Part shown: piece after piece, positions 20,923-31,926 of the stretch
Layout: every line of letters starts with the position of its first letter
Numbering within the stretch: the first letter of the stretch is position 1
NCBI GenBank assembly: GCA_963827475.1
Contig: CAWHAZ010000005.1
Span: forward strand, 908,817 to 972,816
Origin: an uncultured Chloroflexia bacterium
GTDB lineage: Bacteria > Chloroflexota > Limnocylindria > QHBO01
Reading direction: 5' to 3'
DNA: 64,000 nt
The notes under the pieces: generated by a model
The model's input: only the letters and a program-made list of their open reading frames with translations
Told to the model about the DNA's origin: nothing
Database searches by the model: none
Made by a program: the position numbers and the translations under genes

Positions 20923-22055
20923 GTCCCGACGAGCTCGAGCTCGGCCAGCGGCTCCCGGTTTGCCAGCGAACGTCGGCTCAGCTGGGCGTGGAGCTGTCCA
21001 CAGGCCGCCTCGATCGACCGGCCGCGGGTATCCCGCACCGTGGTCGCCACCCCAGCGTCACGAAGAATCGTCGCGAACCGCTCGATCCCGGCGCGGGGCG
21101 TGCCACCCCACGGCGAGGCGGGCGTCGGGTTCAGCGGGATGAGGTTGACGTGGCACAGCCAGCCGTGGGCGAGGTCCACCAGCCGCTGCGCCTCGGAGGG
21201 CGCGTCGTTGATGCCGTCGATCATGACGTACTCGAGGCTGACTCGACGGCGGGTGCGCTCCGCGAAGCGGCGGCCGGCGCCAAGGACCGCCGCGATCGGC
21301 CATTTGCGGTTGATCGGCACGAGCTCATCGCGAAGCTCATCGTGGGCGGCGTGCAGGCTGATCGCCAGGTTCACCTGCGGCAGCTCATCGGCCATCCGGT
21401 CCATGCCCGGCACCACGCCAGAGGTGCTGACCGTGATGTGCCGGGCGCCGATGGCCAGCCGCGCCGGATCGTTCAAGAGCCGAACGGCGCTGAACACCGG
21501 ATCGGTGTTGTTGAGCGGCTCGCCCATGCCCATGAACACCACGTTCAGATGGTGCTGGGGGTCGAGGACGCTGGCCCGGGCCCGCCGCCACCACAGAACC
21601 TGGTCCACGATCTCGGCCGCGGTCAAGTGCCGGCCGAATCCGGCCTGCCCGGTGGCGCAGAACGGACAGTTGACCGCGCAGCCGGCCTGGCTCGAAATGC
21701 AGATCGTCGTCCGTGGCGCCGAGCCGCCTCGGCCCGGGTACCGCATGAGCACCGATTCGATCCGCTGCCCGTCCGCCAGCTCGTGAACCGCCTTCTCGGT
21801 GAGGCTCTGGTCCGTGCCGATGACGTGCGTGTCGCCGATGCTCGAGAACCGATACGACGACCCGAGCGTGGCCCGGAGCCGTTTGGGAAGATCGGTCAGC
21901 TCGTCGAACGCAGACGCACGACCCGCCGCGACGCCCGCCAGGACCTGGCGGGCGCGATAGGCAGGTTCACGATGGTCGTCGAACCAGGCGACCAGCTGTT
22001 CGGTCGCGACCTCGCTGATGGCCGGCAACGGCTCAGCGGGGTTGGGGTCAGTCAC
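20919..22055 (-). CDS. rlmN: 23S rRNA (adenine2503-C2)-methyltransferase RlmN (radical SAM)
   Basis: CISSQAGCAVNCPFCATG radical-SAM cluster and the family architecture. Confidence 0.88.
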   Translation of the reverse strand: MTDPNPAEPLPAISEVATEQLVAWFDDHREPAYRARQVLAGVAAGRASAFDELTDLPKRLRATLGSSYRFSSIGDTHVIGTDQSLTEKAVHELADGQRIESVLMRYPGRGGSAPRTTICISSQAGCAVNCPFCATGQAGFGRHLTAAEIVDQVLWWRRARASVLDPQHHLNVVFMGMGEPLNNTDPVFSAVRLLNDPARLAIGARHITVSTSGVVPGMDRMADELPQVNLAISLHAAHDELRDELVPINRKWPIAAVLGAGRRFAERTRRRVSLEYVMIDGINDAPSEAQRLVDLAHGWLCHVNLIPLNPTPASPWGGTPRAGIERFATILRDAGVATTVRDTRGRSIEAACGQLHAQLSRRSLANREPLAELELVGT

Positions 22056-22749
22056 GGCGGCCCATGACGAGGCTGAAGTAGTACAGGAAGCTGAGCAGCG
22101 CCGTCAGTGCGGCGGCCACGTACGTCCAGGCCGCGGCCTTCAGCACCGCGCGAGCGCCGTCCTGCCGCTCCCCCACCATGCCCAGGCCCTGGACGAAGGC
22201 CAGCGCCTTGCCGCTGGCTCCGATCTCGACCGGCAGGGTGATGAGGGTGAATACGAACGCGGCGGCGAAGCCGATGAGGCCGATGATGGCGAGACCGGTC
22301 AGGTTCAGCAGCAGCCCGCCGATGATCAGCCATGGGGCCAGGGATGAGCCGAAGCTCGCCACCGGAACGATCACCGATCGGGCCGTCAGCCACACGTCCC
22401 GCTCCCGATCCTGGAGGGCGTGGCCCACCTCGTGGGCGATCACCGCGGCGGCGGCGACCGACAGGCGCGGGCCGCCATCGGCCCCGATGCCGGCGACCGT
22501 CTGGCTCACGCGCAGCGTCTTCGAGCGCGGATCGTAGTGATCGGTCAGCTGGCCCGGCGTGGGCTCGATCTGGACGTTGGTCAGGTCCTGGCGGTCGAGC
22601 AGCCGTCGGGCGAAGTCATAGGCACTCAGGTCGATGCCCGAGTCCACCTTGGACCAGCGGGCATAGGTCGACCGCACGCGCCACGCGGCCCAGCCCGTGA
22701 TCGCGAGCATGACAACGAAGAGCACAAGGTAAGCGGGGTCGAAGATCAT
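22048..22749 (-). CDS. YugP-family membrane zinc metallopeptidase
   Basis: HEVGHALQ zinc motif and TM helices at both ends. Confidence 0.75.
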   Translation of the reverse strand: MIFDPAYLVLFVVMLAITGWAAWRVRSTYARWSKVDSGIDLSAYDFARRLLDRQDLTNVQIEPTPGQLTDHYDPRSKTLRVSQTVAGIGADGGPRLSVAAAAVIAHEVGHALQDRERDVWLTARSVIVPVASFGSSLAPWLIIGGLLLNLTGLAIIGLIGFAAAFVFTLITLPVEIGASGKALAFVQGLGMVGERQDGARAVLKAAAWTYVAAALTALLSFLYYFSLVMGRRD

Positions 22750-22818
22750 CTTGAGGTGCCACCTCCCGGCACCGCAGGCGAGTATAGCGAAGCGGCCCGC
22801 GGACCCCGAATTCGGCGG

Positions 22819-23760
22819 TCAGTCGGGCGGCGCGTCCCCGCCCAGCAGGAGATGTTCCCGGCTGAGGCCGTGGCGCCAGGCCTCGGCCGGCATCGGTGGC
22901 CGTCCCTCGGGCTGCACCATCTCGAGGGCAAGGGCACCGAGGCCGCAGGCCACCACCGGCGGCGTGCCGGGCAGCAGCGACCCGATGGGCAGGCCGGGAA
23001 GCCCAGCGACCGGATGCGCGCGGCGGATGTGCAGCCGGCGGCCATCGAGCAGGGTCCACGCCCCGGGCCACGGCTGAAGAGCGCGAACGCGACGGTCGAT
23101 GGACTCCGCGCTCGTGGTCCAGTCGATCCACCCGTCTGAACGGCGAAAGGCCGGCTGGTAGGTGGCCAGCGCCTCGTCCTGGGGCTCCGGATCGAGCGTG
23201 CCGTTCGCCCAGTCGGCCAGCGTGGCGGGCACGACGTCCGCCGCGAGCTCGCCGAGCTGCGCCTCCAGTGCCGGCGTCTGTTCTCGACCATCCAGCGGCA
23301 CCGTCCACCGTCCGACCACCGGGCCCGCGTCGAGACGCTCGACCATGATCATCAGGCTGACGCCCGCCTCCGCGTCGCCGGCCAGGATGGTGGCCGCCAC
23401 CGGCGCCGCTCCCCGGTGGCGCGGCAGGAGGGAGGGGTGGACGTTCAGCGGTGGCCGGGGGGCCAGGGCCAGCAGGTCGGCCGGGACGAGCTCGCCATAT
23501 GAGACGAGCAGCAGCCCGTCCGGCTGGAACTCGGCGATCGCGTGGCGCGCCTCATCCGTGCGCAGCCGGGGCGGGGTCAGGAGCGGCAGGCCGGCGGTCC
23601 GGGCCGCCTCGGCCACGGGCGAGGCCCGATGTCGGAGGCCCCGGCCGGCTGGCTGATCGGGTCGGCTGACCACCAGGAGGTCGTCGACAAGGGCCGGGAG
23701 CCGCCCGAGGAGCGGGACGCCGAACGCGCCGCTGCCCAGGAACGCGATCCGGCCGAGCAC
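22819..23760 (-). CDS. fmt: Methionyl-tRNA formyltransferase
   Basis: FLGSGAFGVP start, NVHPSLLPRHRGAAP motif, and the def-fmt pairing. Confidence 0.9.
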   Translation of the reverse strand: MLGRIAFLGSGAFGVPLLGRLPALVDDLLVVSRPDQPAGRGLRHRASPVAEAARTAGLPLLTPPRLRTDEARHAIAEFQPDGLLLVSYGELVPADLLALAPRPPLNVHPSLLPRHRGAAPVAATILAGDAEAGVSLMIMVERLDAGPVVGRWTVPLDGREQTPALEAQLGELAADVVPATLADWANGTLDPEPQDEALATYQPAFRRSDGWIDWTTSAESIDRRVRALQPWPGAWTLLDGRRLHIRRAHPVAGLPGLPIGSLLPGTPPVVACGLGALALEMVQPEGRPPMPAEAWRHGLSREHLLLGGDAPPD

Positions 23761-24266
23761 TAGATCCCGGCCGCCGCCTCTTCCCGAACTTCCTCGGACG
23801 CCTCGCTCACGCGAACGAGCTCCTCGAGGGACTCGAGGTAGTCGATGTACAGGATCCCGTTGAGGTGGTCGATCTCGTGCTGGAGGGCACGGGCGAACAG
23901 CTCGTCACCCTTGACCCGGAACTCGCGGCCATTCCGGTCGCGCGCCTGGACGGTGACCTTCGTCGAGCGCTCGACCTCGGCCACGAACCCTGGGATCGAC
24001 AGGCATCCCTCCCAGTCGACCGTCTTGCCCGACCGGCGGACGACCTTCGGGTTCACCAGCTCGGTGATCTTGCCCTCGATCTCGATGACCGCGACCTGGA
24101 GCGGCACGCCGACCTGGTTCGCGGCCAGGCCGATCCCCGGGGCATCCCGCATCGTCTCGAGCAGGTCGTCGAGGAGCCGATGGAGGGACGCGTCGAAGTC
24201 GGTGACCTTCTTCGTCTTCTCGTGGAGGATCGGCTCGTCGGCGGTCAGGATGCGGCGGAGGACCAT
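23760..24266 (-). CDS. def: Peptide deformylase
   Basis: GIGLAANQVG, EGCLS and QHEIDHL motifs. Confidence 0.93.
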   Translation of the reverse strand: MVLRRILTADEPILHEKTKKVTDFDASLHRLLDDLLETMRDAPGIGLAANQVGVPLQVAVIEIEGKITELVNPKVVRRSGKTVDWEGCLSIPGFVAEVERSTKVTVQARDRNGREFRVKGDELFARALQHEIDHLNGILYIDYLESLEELVRVSEASEEVREEAAAGI

Positions 24267-24284
24267 GGCCGCATTGTAGGACGG

Positions 24285-26612
24285 TCAGAGCAGGGTCCCG
24301 GGGTCGACGTCGATGCCGATTCCGGGTGGCACTCGCTCCATGGCGGCTGCCCGGTCGGCCTCGGCCGCGGTGCGGACCACGACCTGCCAGCGCCAGCGGC
24401 CGGCCCGCCGCGGGACCCAGGCCGGCACCGGGCCAAGGACCTCCACCCCCTCGCCGGCGACGGCCGTGGCGACGTCGGCGGCACGGGATTCCGCTCGTTT
24501 CGGGTCGGGATCCGCGACCAGGAGGCGCGCGAGCCAGCCGAAGGGTGGGTAGCCGAACGCCTGGCGCCGGGGCAGTTCGCCATCCGCGAAGGCGTCGACA
24601 TCGAGGCGGGATGCCGCCACGACGGCCGGGTGGTCCGGTGCGTAGGTCTGGATGATGACCTGCCCCGGCTGTGGCCCGCGCCCTGCCCGGCCGGCCACCT
24701 GGGCCAGGAGCTGGAACGTCCTTTCCGCAGCCTGGTACTCGGGCAGGTGGAGCGTGACGTCCGCGGCAACCACCGCGGCCAGGGTGACGGCCGGCAGGTC
24801 CAGGCCCTTGGCGGCGAGCTGGGTGCCGACCAGCACGTCGGTCCGCCCGGAGGCGAAGTCGTCGTAGATCGACTCGAACCGGCGACGGGCCGCCACCGCA
24901 TCGCTGTCCAGGCGTCCGACACGCAGGCGCGGAAACCGGGAGCGGACCTCCGCCTCTACCCGCTGGGTGCCCGCCCCGAAGTAGCGGATCCGCGGGCTGC
25001 GGCAGCGGGGACAGCGGTCCGGGATGGGCGCAGTGCGGCCGTCGTGGTGGCAGCGCAGCTCGGTGGTGGCGAGGTGGTGGACGAGCGGGAGCTGGCACTC
25101 GGGGCAGCGGATCGGCTCGCCGCAGTCGCGGCACAGGATGAAGGTTGCCGCCCCGCGGCGGTTGATGAGCAGGATGGCCTGCTGGCCGGCGGGCAGCGAC
25201 CCCAGGGCGTCGGACAGCGCCCCCGACAGGACCGACCGGTTGCCCTCCGCCAGCTCGGCGCGCATGTCGACGACGCGGACGGTCGGGGTGGCGCCCACTC
25301 GTCGCTCGGCGAGCCTGGCCCGCCGAGCGGACCCGCTCCGGACGCGGTGGATGGTCACGACGTCCGGGGTGGCGGTCGCCTGCACGAACCGGGCGCCGGT
25401 CAGGGCCGCGCGCCGGGCGGCCACCCAGCGGGTGTCATAGCGAGGGGTGCGGTCCGCCTTGTACCCGCCGTCATGGGACTCGTCCAGCACGAGGAGGCCG
25501 AGAGCGCGGAGCGGCGCGAAGACCGCGGTGCGCGTCCCAACCACCACCCGGGCGTCACCGTCCACCACCCGTTGCCATTCATCGTGCCGCTCCCCGATCG
25601 AGAGCCCCGAATGGAGGACAGACAGCAACGGCCCGACCGCCGCGCGCAGCCGGTCGGCGATCTGGGGCACGCCGGTGATCTCCGGCACGAGGACGATCGC
25701 GCCGCCGCCGGTCTCGAGCGTGGCCTCGACCGCGGCCAGGACGACGTCCGTCTTGCCCGATGCGGCCACGCCCTGGAGCAGGAGCTCACCGCCGGGCGGA
25801 AGGTCCGCGATGTCCCGCAGGGCGGCGGCCTGCTCGGGAGCCATCTCGTCCGCCGCGGATCGCCCGGGGCGGCGGTGGGCCAGCGGGTCGCGGCGGACAT
25901 CGGCCCAGCCCAGGTCGACCCAGCCGGCGGCCTCCAGCCGGCGGGCGGTGTCGAGCAGCGATCCCGGCTCGCGGCCGAGGCGCTCAGCGAGGGTCGCCAG
26001 GGTCATCTCCCCGTCCGCCAGCGCGTCGAGGGCGGCGAGCTGGACGGCCCCACGGACCGGCCGGCCCGGAGTCACGGCGCGCCGGATCACCCGTTCCCGC
26101 CGGGGCCCGGCCCGCGGCGGCCGGAGACGCCACGCGGCCCGCAGGGCACCGGCCCGTCTGCGGCTCTCGATCCAGCGGGGCGTGGCCCGGGGCACGATGC
26201 GACGGAGCTCCGATTCGGTGAGCACGGTCCCCGCCGGGGCGTCCCCCTCCGGCTGGAGGAGCTCCCAGCGCCGCTCCAGTCGAGACTCGATCCCCGGCGG
26301 CAGCATCGCCGCCAGCGTCGTCCCGATCGGCGCGCGGTAGCGGACCGCGATCTCCTCCGCCAGGTCCAGCAGGTCGGGGGTGAGGAGCGGTCCGGAGACG
26401 ACCGCCTCCACGGCAAGGGCTCCGGAGATCGGCTCGGCGTCCCCCGGCAGGAGGTAGCCGAGGGCCAGGCGGCCGCCGTACGGAACCAGGAGCAGCGAGC
26501 CGGCCTCGGCGTCAACCGCGGCCGGTTGCAGGTAGGTGAAGGTGCGCTCGGGGCGGTCGACCTGGGCATCGACCGCGACCCGGACGAACCGGTCGCCGCC
26601 GATCCGGGACAT
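24285..26612 (-). CDS. priA: Primosomal protein N' (PriA)
   Basis: Walker A (GVAASGKT), a Cys4 zinc ribbon (CRDCGEPIRCPECQ...C..C) and 775 aa, intact. Confidence 0.9.
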   Translation of the reverse strand: MSRIGGDRFVRVAVDAQVDRPERTFTYLQPAAVDAEAGSLLLVPYGGRLALGYLLPGDAEPISGALAVEAVVSGPLLTPDLLDLAEEIAVRYRAPIGTTLAAMLPPGIESRLERRWELLQPEGDAPAGTVLTESELRRIVPRATPRWIESRRRAGALRAAWRLRPPRAGPRRERVIRRAVTPGRPVRGAVQLAALDALADGEMTLATLAERLGREPGSLLDTARRLEAAGWVDLGWADVRRDPLAHRRPGRSAADEMAPEQAAALRDIADLPPGGELLLQGVAASGKTDVVLAAVEATLETGGGAIVLVPEITGVPQIADRLRAAVGPLLSVLHSGLSIGERHDEWQRVVDGDARVVVGTRTAVFAPLRALGLLVLDESHDGGYKADRTPRYDTRWVAARRAALTGARFVQATATPDVVTIHRVRSGSARRARLAERRVGATPTVRVVDMRAELAEGNRSVLSGALSDALGSLPAGQQAILLINRRGAATFILCRDCGEPIRCPECQLPLVHHLATTELRCHHDGRTAPIPDRCPRCRSPRIRYFGAGTQRVEAEVRSRFPRLRVGRLDSDAVAARRRFESIYDDFASGRTDVLVGTQLAAKGLDLPAVTLAAVVAADVTLHLPEYQAAERTFQLLAQVAGRAGRGPQPGQVIIQTYAPDHPAVVAASRLDVDAFADGELPRRQAFGYPPFGWLARLLVADPDPKRAESRAADVATAVAGEGVEVLGPVPAWVPRRAGRWRWQVVVRTAAEADRAAAMERVPPGIGIDVDPGTLL

Positions 26613-26622
26613 CAGGGAGAGC

Positions 26623-27235
26623 TCACAGGCGCACGCGGCGCGGCGGCTCCCGCCGAGCCTCGGCCTGGATGACCTCCCAGATGCGGTCCGCCGCTTCCCC
26701 CGCGTGGCCGGTCTCGTTCACGACCACCTCGTCGTAGTCGGCCGCGGCGGCAATCTCGCCGACCGCGTTGTGCCGGCGGAGGGCCTGATCCACCGGGTCT
26801 TCCGACCCGCGGCGTGACAGGCGGTCGTCCAACGCCTCCATCGATGGCGGCATGACGAAGATGAGCAGCGCCCCGGGCACGGCCTCGCGTACGGCACGTG
26901 CGCCCTGCGGGTCGATGGTGAGGATCGCGTCCCGCCCGGCTCGGAGGATGCCCCGGATCTGGTCGAGCGGGGTGCCGTACCAGTGGCCGTGGACCTCGGC
27001 CGACTCCAGCAACCCGCCTTCGCCTCGGAGCCGATCGAAGGCACTCGGAGGTCATGAAGTGATAGTGCACCCCGTCCTGCTCCCCGGGGCGCCGGTCGCG
27101 GGTGGTCGCGGTCACGATCGGGACGACCTGGGGATGGCGCTTGGCGAGCTCGGCGACGATCGTGCTCTTGCCCACGCCGGATGGGCCGCTGACCACGACC
27201 AGCATCGGGTTCGGGAAGGTCATCGGCTTGCTCAT
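26623..27235 (-). CDS. gmk: Guanylate kinase, with one frameshift near 27040-27060
   Basis: The N-terminal frame carries [12 protein letters not shown]...HYHFMTS and the C-terminal frame carries [13 protein letters not shown]...; the two are offset by 1 nt. Confidence 0.8.
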
Positions 27236-28221
27236 GCCACCGCTCCCCCGTTCGATTCGGCGCCGTCGACCCGGTAGCCCGCCGTCTGCGGCAGGTCGCT
27301 CACCGTGATCCCGCTCGCGGCCAGGCTGGCGGCCAGGTCGTCCGGCAGCGCGGACCAGACCGCGACCCGCGACCCGTCCACCGGTCGGGCGAAGCTCAGC
27401 TCCGCGGCATGCAGAAACTGGCGGCGGAGCCCGCCGGGCCCCACCCCGCCGCCATAGCGAAGGTCGCCGGCGATCGGCAGGCCGAGGTAGGCGAGGTGGG
27501 CGCGCAGCTGGTGGGTTCGGCCCGTGTGTGGGCGGAGGTGAAGCAACGTGTGGCCTCCAGCGGAGCCGAGCGCCTCGTAGTCGGTCACGGCCGCCCGACC
27601 GCCGGACACCACCGCCATCCGCTGCCGGTCTCGAGGATGGCGGCCGACCGGCGCCTCGATCCGTCCACGGGCGGCGGGCGCTTCCCCCTGGACGAGGGCC
27701 AGGTACCCCTTATCGATCGAGCGATCGCCGAACTGCGACATGAGCGCGGCCTGCGCCGCATCGGTCTTGGCCACCACCAGCAGGCCGGAGGTGTCGCGGT
27801 CGAGCCGATGGACGATCCCCGGCCGGCCGACCCCCGCTACCGACCCGAGCGACTCCCCGCGCGAGGCGGACCGCCCCAGCAGGGCATGGACCAGCGTCCC
27901 GGTCGGGTGGCCGGCGGAGGGGTGGACGACCATCCCGGCAGCCTTGTCGACGACGAGCAGGTCATCGTCCTCGTAGACGACCCGGATCGGGATGTCCTCG
28001 GGAACGAGGGTCGGGTCCGGTGGGGCGGAGAGCACCACCCGCAGCCGCTCCCCGCCCGCCAGCCGGTCACTCGCCCGCCGCGGCCGGCCGTCGACCAGCG
28101 CCCGACCATCGCCCAGCAACCGCTGCGCGTGCGCGCGAGAGATCCCGGCCACCGCGGCCACCGCCACGTCGACGCGTCCGGCGGGGGCGGGGCCTTCCAG
28201 GATCCGCTCCCCGCTCGCCAT
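27232..28221 (-). CDS. rluD: RluA/RluD-family 23S rRNA pseudouridine synthase
   Basis: S4-like N-terminus and the catalytic [12 protein letters not shown] motif. The start overlaps the lspA stop (TGATG). Confidence 0.85.
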   Translation of the reverse strand: MASGERILEGPAPAGRVDVAVAAVAGISRAHAQRLLGDGRALVDGRPRRASDRLAGGERLRVVLSAPPDPTLVPEDIPIRVVYEDDDLLVVDKAAGMVVHPSAGHPTGTLVHALLGRSASRGESLGSVAGVGRPGIVHRLDRDTSGLLVVAKTDAAQAALMSQFGDRSIDKGYLALVQGEAPAARGRIEAPVGRHPRDRQRMAVVSGGRAAVTDYEALGSAGGHTLLHLRPHTGRTHQLRAHLAYLGLPIAGDLRYGGGVGPGGLRRQFLHAAELSFARPVDGSRVAVWSALPDDLAASLAASGITVSDLPQTAGYRVDGAESNGGAVA

Positions 28222-28223
28222 CA

Positions 28224-28727
28224 GGCGGCGCGTGCGGCGGTTCGCCGGTCGAGGATGGACAGGTAGAGCACCAGGCCGAGGATGCCGCACACGACCGCGG
28301 CGTCGGCGACGTTCCAGGTCGGCCAGCGCAGGCTGCCGATGCCGATCGACACCCAGTCGGTGACGCTGCCGTCGATCAGTCGATCGGTCAGGTTCCCGAG
28401 TGTGCCGCCGAGCACGAGTCCGAGCAGCACGGCCGCGCTCGCGCCCCGAAGCCGGCCGGTGAGGTGGACCCAGGCGATGACCGCCAGGGTGCCGAACCCG
28501 ACGAGGAGGAAGACGAATCCGCCGCCCTGGAGCAGCCCGAACGCGGCGCCCTGGTTCTCCGTGTGCCAGATCTGGAGGAAATCGCCGATGACCGGGATCC
28601 GCTCCCCGATCTCGACGTTGGCCACCACCCAGGCCTTCGTGATCCGGTCGAGCAGGTACACCACCGCCGCGGTCGCGAGGAGCAGGCCGCTCTCGGCCCA
28701 GGTGATGCGCAATGCGGCTCGACTCAT
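28224..28727 (-). CDS. lspA: Lipoprotein signal peptidase II
   Basis: 168 aa, four TM helices, and the TDRLIDGSVTDW and NVAD motifs. Confidence 0.85.
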
Positions 28728-28746
28728 GGCCCCCGAGCGTACGCGA

Positions 28747-31700
28747 TCACCCGGCCAGCCGCAGCGCCAGCCGCAGGGCGACGCCGTCCACGGTCTCCTC
28801 CGCCCGCCCCGTCGCGTCGGAGACGTCCGCGTCGGGACCGATGACCACCGAGACGGCCAGGGTCTCGGCGGCCAGCCAGGCCTCGTGGGGCGCCAAACGG
28901 GTAGCGACCTCGGGGTCCACGCCGATCGCGACCGCGATCCGGTCGCTGATCTCCAGCCCCGCCGCCTTGCGAAGGTTCTGGAGGCGGTGGGCGACCTCGC
29001 GAGCCAACCCCTCGGCGGCGAGCCCCTCGTCGATCGAGGTGTCGAGGGCCACCAGCAGATCGCCCTCGTCGGCGATCTCGTGCCCCTCACGGGCCCGCGC
29101 ACTGAGGGTGAACTCGTCGGCGGCGAGCACGACCCCGCCGGCGACGGCACCGCCGTCGCCGGTCAGCGACCAGTCATCGGAGCGAACTGCGGCCATGATC
29201 CGGGCGACGTCCGCCCCGTGTCGCGGACCGATCACCGGCAACAGCGGGTACAGGGTCCGGTCCACGAGCGCCGAGTCGTCCGCGATGAGCTCGACCGCCT
29301 TGACGTTCAGCTCGTCGCGGACGTGGGTCTCCAGCTCGGCGGCCACGGCCGGGTCGTCGGCGAAGGCGGCCATGCCCGCCGGCAGGCGAACGCGGACCAG
29401 GCGAAGGGGCTGGCGGGTGCGGATCTCGCTGCCGGCGCGCGCCGCCCGGCCGAGGGCCACGACCCGCCGAGTCAGCGCCACGCCACGATCGGTGTCCACG
29501 TTGGAGCGGCCGCTCGAGGTTGGGAAGTCGGCCAGGTGCACGCTGTCGGGGGCCGCCGGATCGACGCTCCCCACCAGGTTGTGCCACAGCGCGTCGGCCA
29601 AGTGCGGCACGAACGGGGCGAGGACCCGTGACAGGGTCGTCAGCACCTCGTGCAGGGTGGCGTAGGCGGCCCGCTTGTCCGCGTCCAGCTCACCCTTCCA
29701 GAACCGACGCCGGTTGCGGCGGACGTACCAGTTCGACAGGTCGTCGACGAAGGCCTCGACCTGGCGCGCGGCCCGCGCGGCCTCGTAGGCGTCGAGCGCG
29801 GCGCGGACGTCCTCGACCAGGCCGTCCAGGCGGGACAAGATCCATCGGTCCAGCAATGCGAGTTCCGCGCCAGCGTCCCCGTCAGCCGCCGGCGTCCATC
29901 CGTCCAGGCGGGCGTAGGTGACGAGGAAGCTGTAGGTGTTCCACAGCGGCAGGAAGAAGCGGCGCACGACCTCCGCGCCCGGTCCGTATCCGAAGTTGAG
30001 GTTGAGCGCCGGGTTGGCCGAGGCATAGAGCCAGCGCATGACGTCGGCGCCGATCCGCTCGGCGGCCTCGTCGAATGGGATCGCGTTTCCCTTGCTCTTG
30101 TGCATCTCCTCGCCGTGCTCGTCGTGCACGGTGGCGTAGCCGAAGATGGTCCGCGTCATCGGCGCGCCGGCCAGCACGGTCGACATCGTGAGCAGCGCAT
30201 AGAACCAGTTGCGAAACTGGCCGGGGAAGCCCTCGGTGATGAAGTCGGCCGGGAACCACTCGGCCCAATAGGCCCGGTCGGTGTTCCATCGGAGCGTGCT
30301 GAAGCCCACGATCCCCGCGTCCAGCCACGGATTGCCGACCTCGGCCACGCGACGCGAGCGGCCGCCGCAAGAGGTGCACGCGATCTCGACCTCGTCGATG
30401 AACGGCTTGTGGGGCGAGTGGCCGTCGAACGCTTCCCAGCCCGCCACCGCGCGCTCGTGCAGCTCGTCGCGGGACCCGATCACCTCCCACGCGGCACATT
30501 CGGCGCACTCCCAGATCGGCAGGGCGAGGCCGTAGTAGCGCTTCTTGCTGATCATCCAGTCGCTCATGTTCCGGAGCCAGTCGAGCTCGCGCTCCTCCAG
30601 GCCGATACCTGGCGGCAGCCACGTGATCTGACGCGTCACGGCGCTGATCGGCTCGCGGAGCGGATCCATGGCGATGAACCACTCGTCGACGAGGCGGAAC
30701 AGGAGCTGGGTGCCGCAGCGCCAGCACACCGGGTAGTGGTGGCGATACATCTCGCGGGCGACGAGGAGTCCCTTCGTGGCCAGGTCCTCGGCGATGGCCG
30801 GCGCGAGGTCGTCCGCGGCGTCCGGCGTGGCGCCCGCGAAGCGGCCGGACTGCCAGCCGTAGCCCTCGCGAAACACCCCGGACTCGTCGATCGGGTCGAG
30901 CACCGGCAGCCCGTCCCGCTGGGCCAGGTGGAAGTCCTCTTCGCCGCAGCCTGGCGCGATGTGGACGATCCCCGTCCCCTCGTCATCGGTCACCTCGTCC
31001 CAGGCGATGACCCAGTGCTGGACACCGGCCTGCGCCGGCAGCTCGTCAAACGGCCCGCGGTAGGTCAGGCCGAGCAGGTCAGACCCGCGCGCCTCCCGGA
31101 GGACGGCGGCTTCCGACACGACGCGATGCTTCGAGCCGCGGCTGACCCACCATCGGTCGCCATCATTGCCCTCCACCAGCTCGTACGTCAGGTCCGGGTG
31201 GACGGCGGCGGCCACGTTGCTCGACAGCGTCCACGGCGTGGTCGTCCACACCAGGAGCGACTCGCCCTCGTGCCCGGTCGTGGTGATTGGCAGGCGGATG
31301 GTCAGCGACAGGTGGCTGAGCTCGCGATAGCCCTCGGTCGCGATCTCCATGTTCGAGAGGCCGGTCCCGCAACGTGGGCACCAGGGCATCACGTCGTGAC
31401 CCTTGAAGACGAGGCCGCGTGCCTGGCACTCCTTCAGGAACGCCCAGATGGCGTAGTTGTTCTCGTCGCTGTTCGTGAAATAGCTGTGCTCCCAGTCCAT
31501 CCACATGCCGAGTCGCCTGCTCTGCTCGGTCTGCAGCGCCGCGAATTTGCTGACGCGTGCCTTGCACAGCTCCACGAAGCGGTCGACCCCAAACTCCTCG
31601 ATCTGCCGCTTGTTGTTGAAGCCAAGCTCCTTCTCGACCTCGACCTCGATCCAGAGCCCTTGGCAGTCGAACCCGTTCTGGTACCGCTGCCGCTCGCCGA

Positions 31701-31926
31701 GCATGGTGTGGTAGCGCTGGTACAGGTCCTTGTAGGTCCGTCCCCAGGCGTGATGGACGCCCATCGGGTTATTCGCCGTGATCGGCCCGTCGAGGAAGCT
31801 GTAGCGCCGCTCGGACGCCTGGTTGCGGGCCAGGTAGCGCGCCTCGGTCTGCTGCTCGCGCCAGCGCTCGATCACCTCCCGCTCGAGGACAGGCACATCC
31901 AGGGCCGAGCTCACCGGCTTGAACAT
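28747..31926 (-). CDS. ileS: Isoleucine--tRNA ligase (type 2)
   Basis: The KMSKS motif is present (HKSKGN). About 1060 aa with a type-2 C-terminus. Start ATG at 31926 with a GGGAGGTG RBS. Confidence 0.92.
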   Translation of the reverse strand: MFKPVSSALDVPVLEREVIERWREQQTEARYLARNQASERRYSFLDGPITANNPMGVHHAWGRTYKDLYQRYHTMLGERQRYQNGFDCQGLWIEVEVEKELGFNNKRQIEEFGVDRFVELCKARVSKFAALQTEQSRRLGMWMDWEHSYFTNSDENNYAIWAFLKECQARGLVFKGHDVMPWCPRCGTGLSNMEIATEGYRELSHLSLTIRLPITTTGHEGESLLVWTTTPWTLSSNVAAAVHPDLTYELVEGNDGDRWWVSRGSKHRVVSEAAVLREARGSDLLGLTYRGPFDELPAQAGVQHWVIAWDEVTDDEGTGIVHIAPGCGEEDFHLAQRDGLPVLDPIDESGVFREGYGWQSGRFAGATPDAADDLAPAIAEDLATKGLLVAREMYRHHYPVCWRCGTQLLFRLVDEWFIAMDPLREPISAVTRQITWLPPGIGLEERELDWLRNMSDWMISKKRYYGLALPIWECAECAAWEVIGSRDELHERAVAGWEAFDGHSPHKPFIDEVEIACTSCGGRSRRVAEVGNPWLDAGIVGFSTLRWNTDRAYWAEWFPADFITEGFPGQFRNWFYALLTMSTVLAGAPMTRTIFGYATVHDEHGEEMHKSKGNAIPFDEAAERIGADVMRWLYASANPALNLNFGYGPGAEVVRRFFLPLWNTYSFLVTYARLDGWTPAADGDAGAELALLDRWILSRLDGLVEDVRAALDAYEAARAARQVEAFVDDLSNWYVRRNRRRFWKGELDADKRAAYATLHEVLTTLSRVLAPFVPHLADALWHNLVGSVDPAAPDSVHLADFPTSSGRSNVDTDRGVALTRRVVALGRAARAGSEIRTRQPLRLVRVRLPAGMAAFADDPAVAAELETHVRDELNVKAVELIADDSALVDRTLYPLLPVIGPRHGADVARIMAAVRSDDWSLTGDGGAVAGGVVLAADEFTLSARAREGHEIADEGDLLVALDTSIDEGLAAEGLAREVAHRLQNLRKAAGLEISDRIAVAIGVDPEVATRLAPHEAWLAAETLAVSVVIGPDADVSDATGRAEETVDGVALRLALRLAG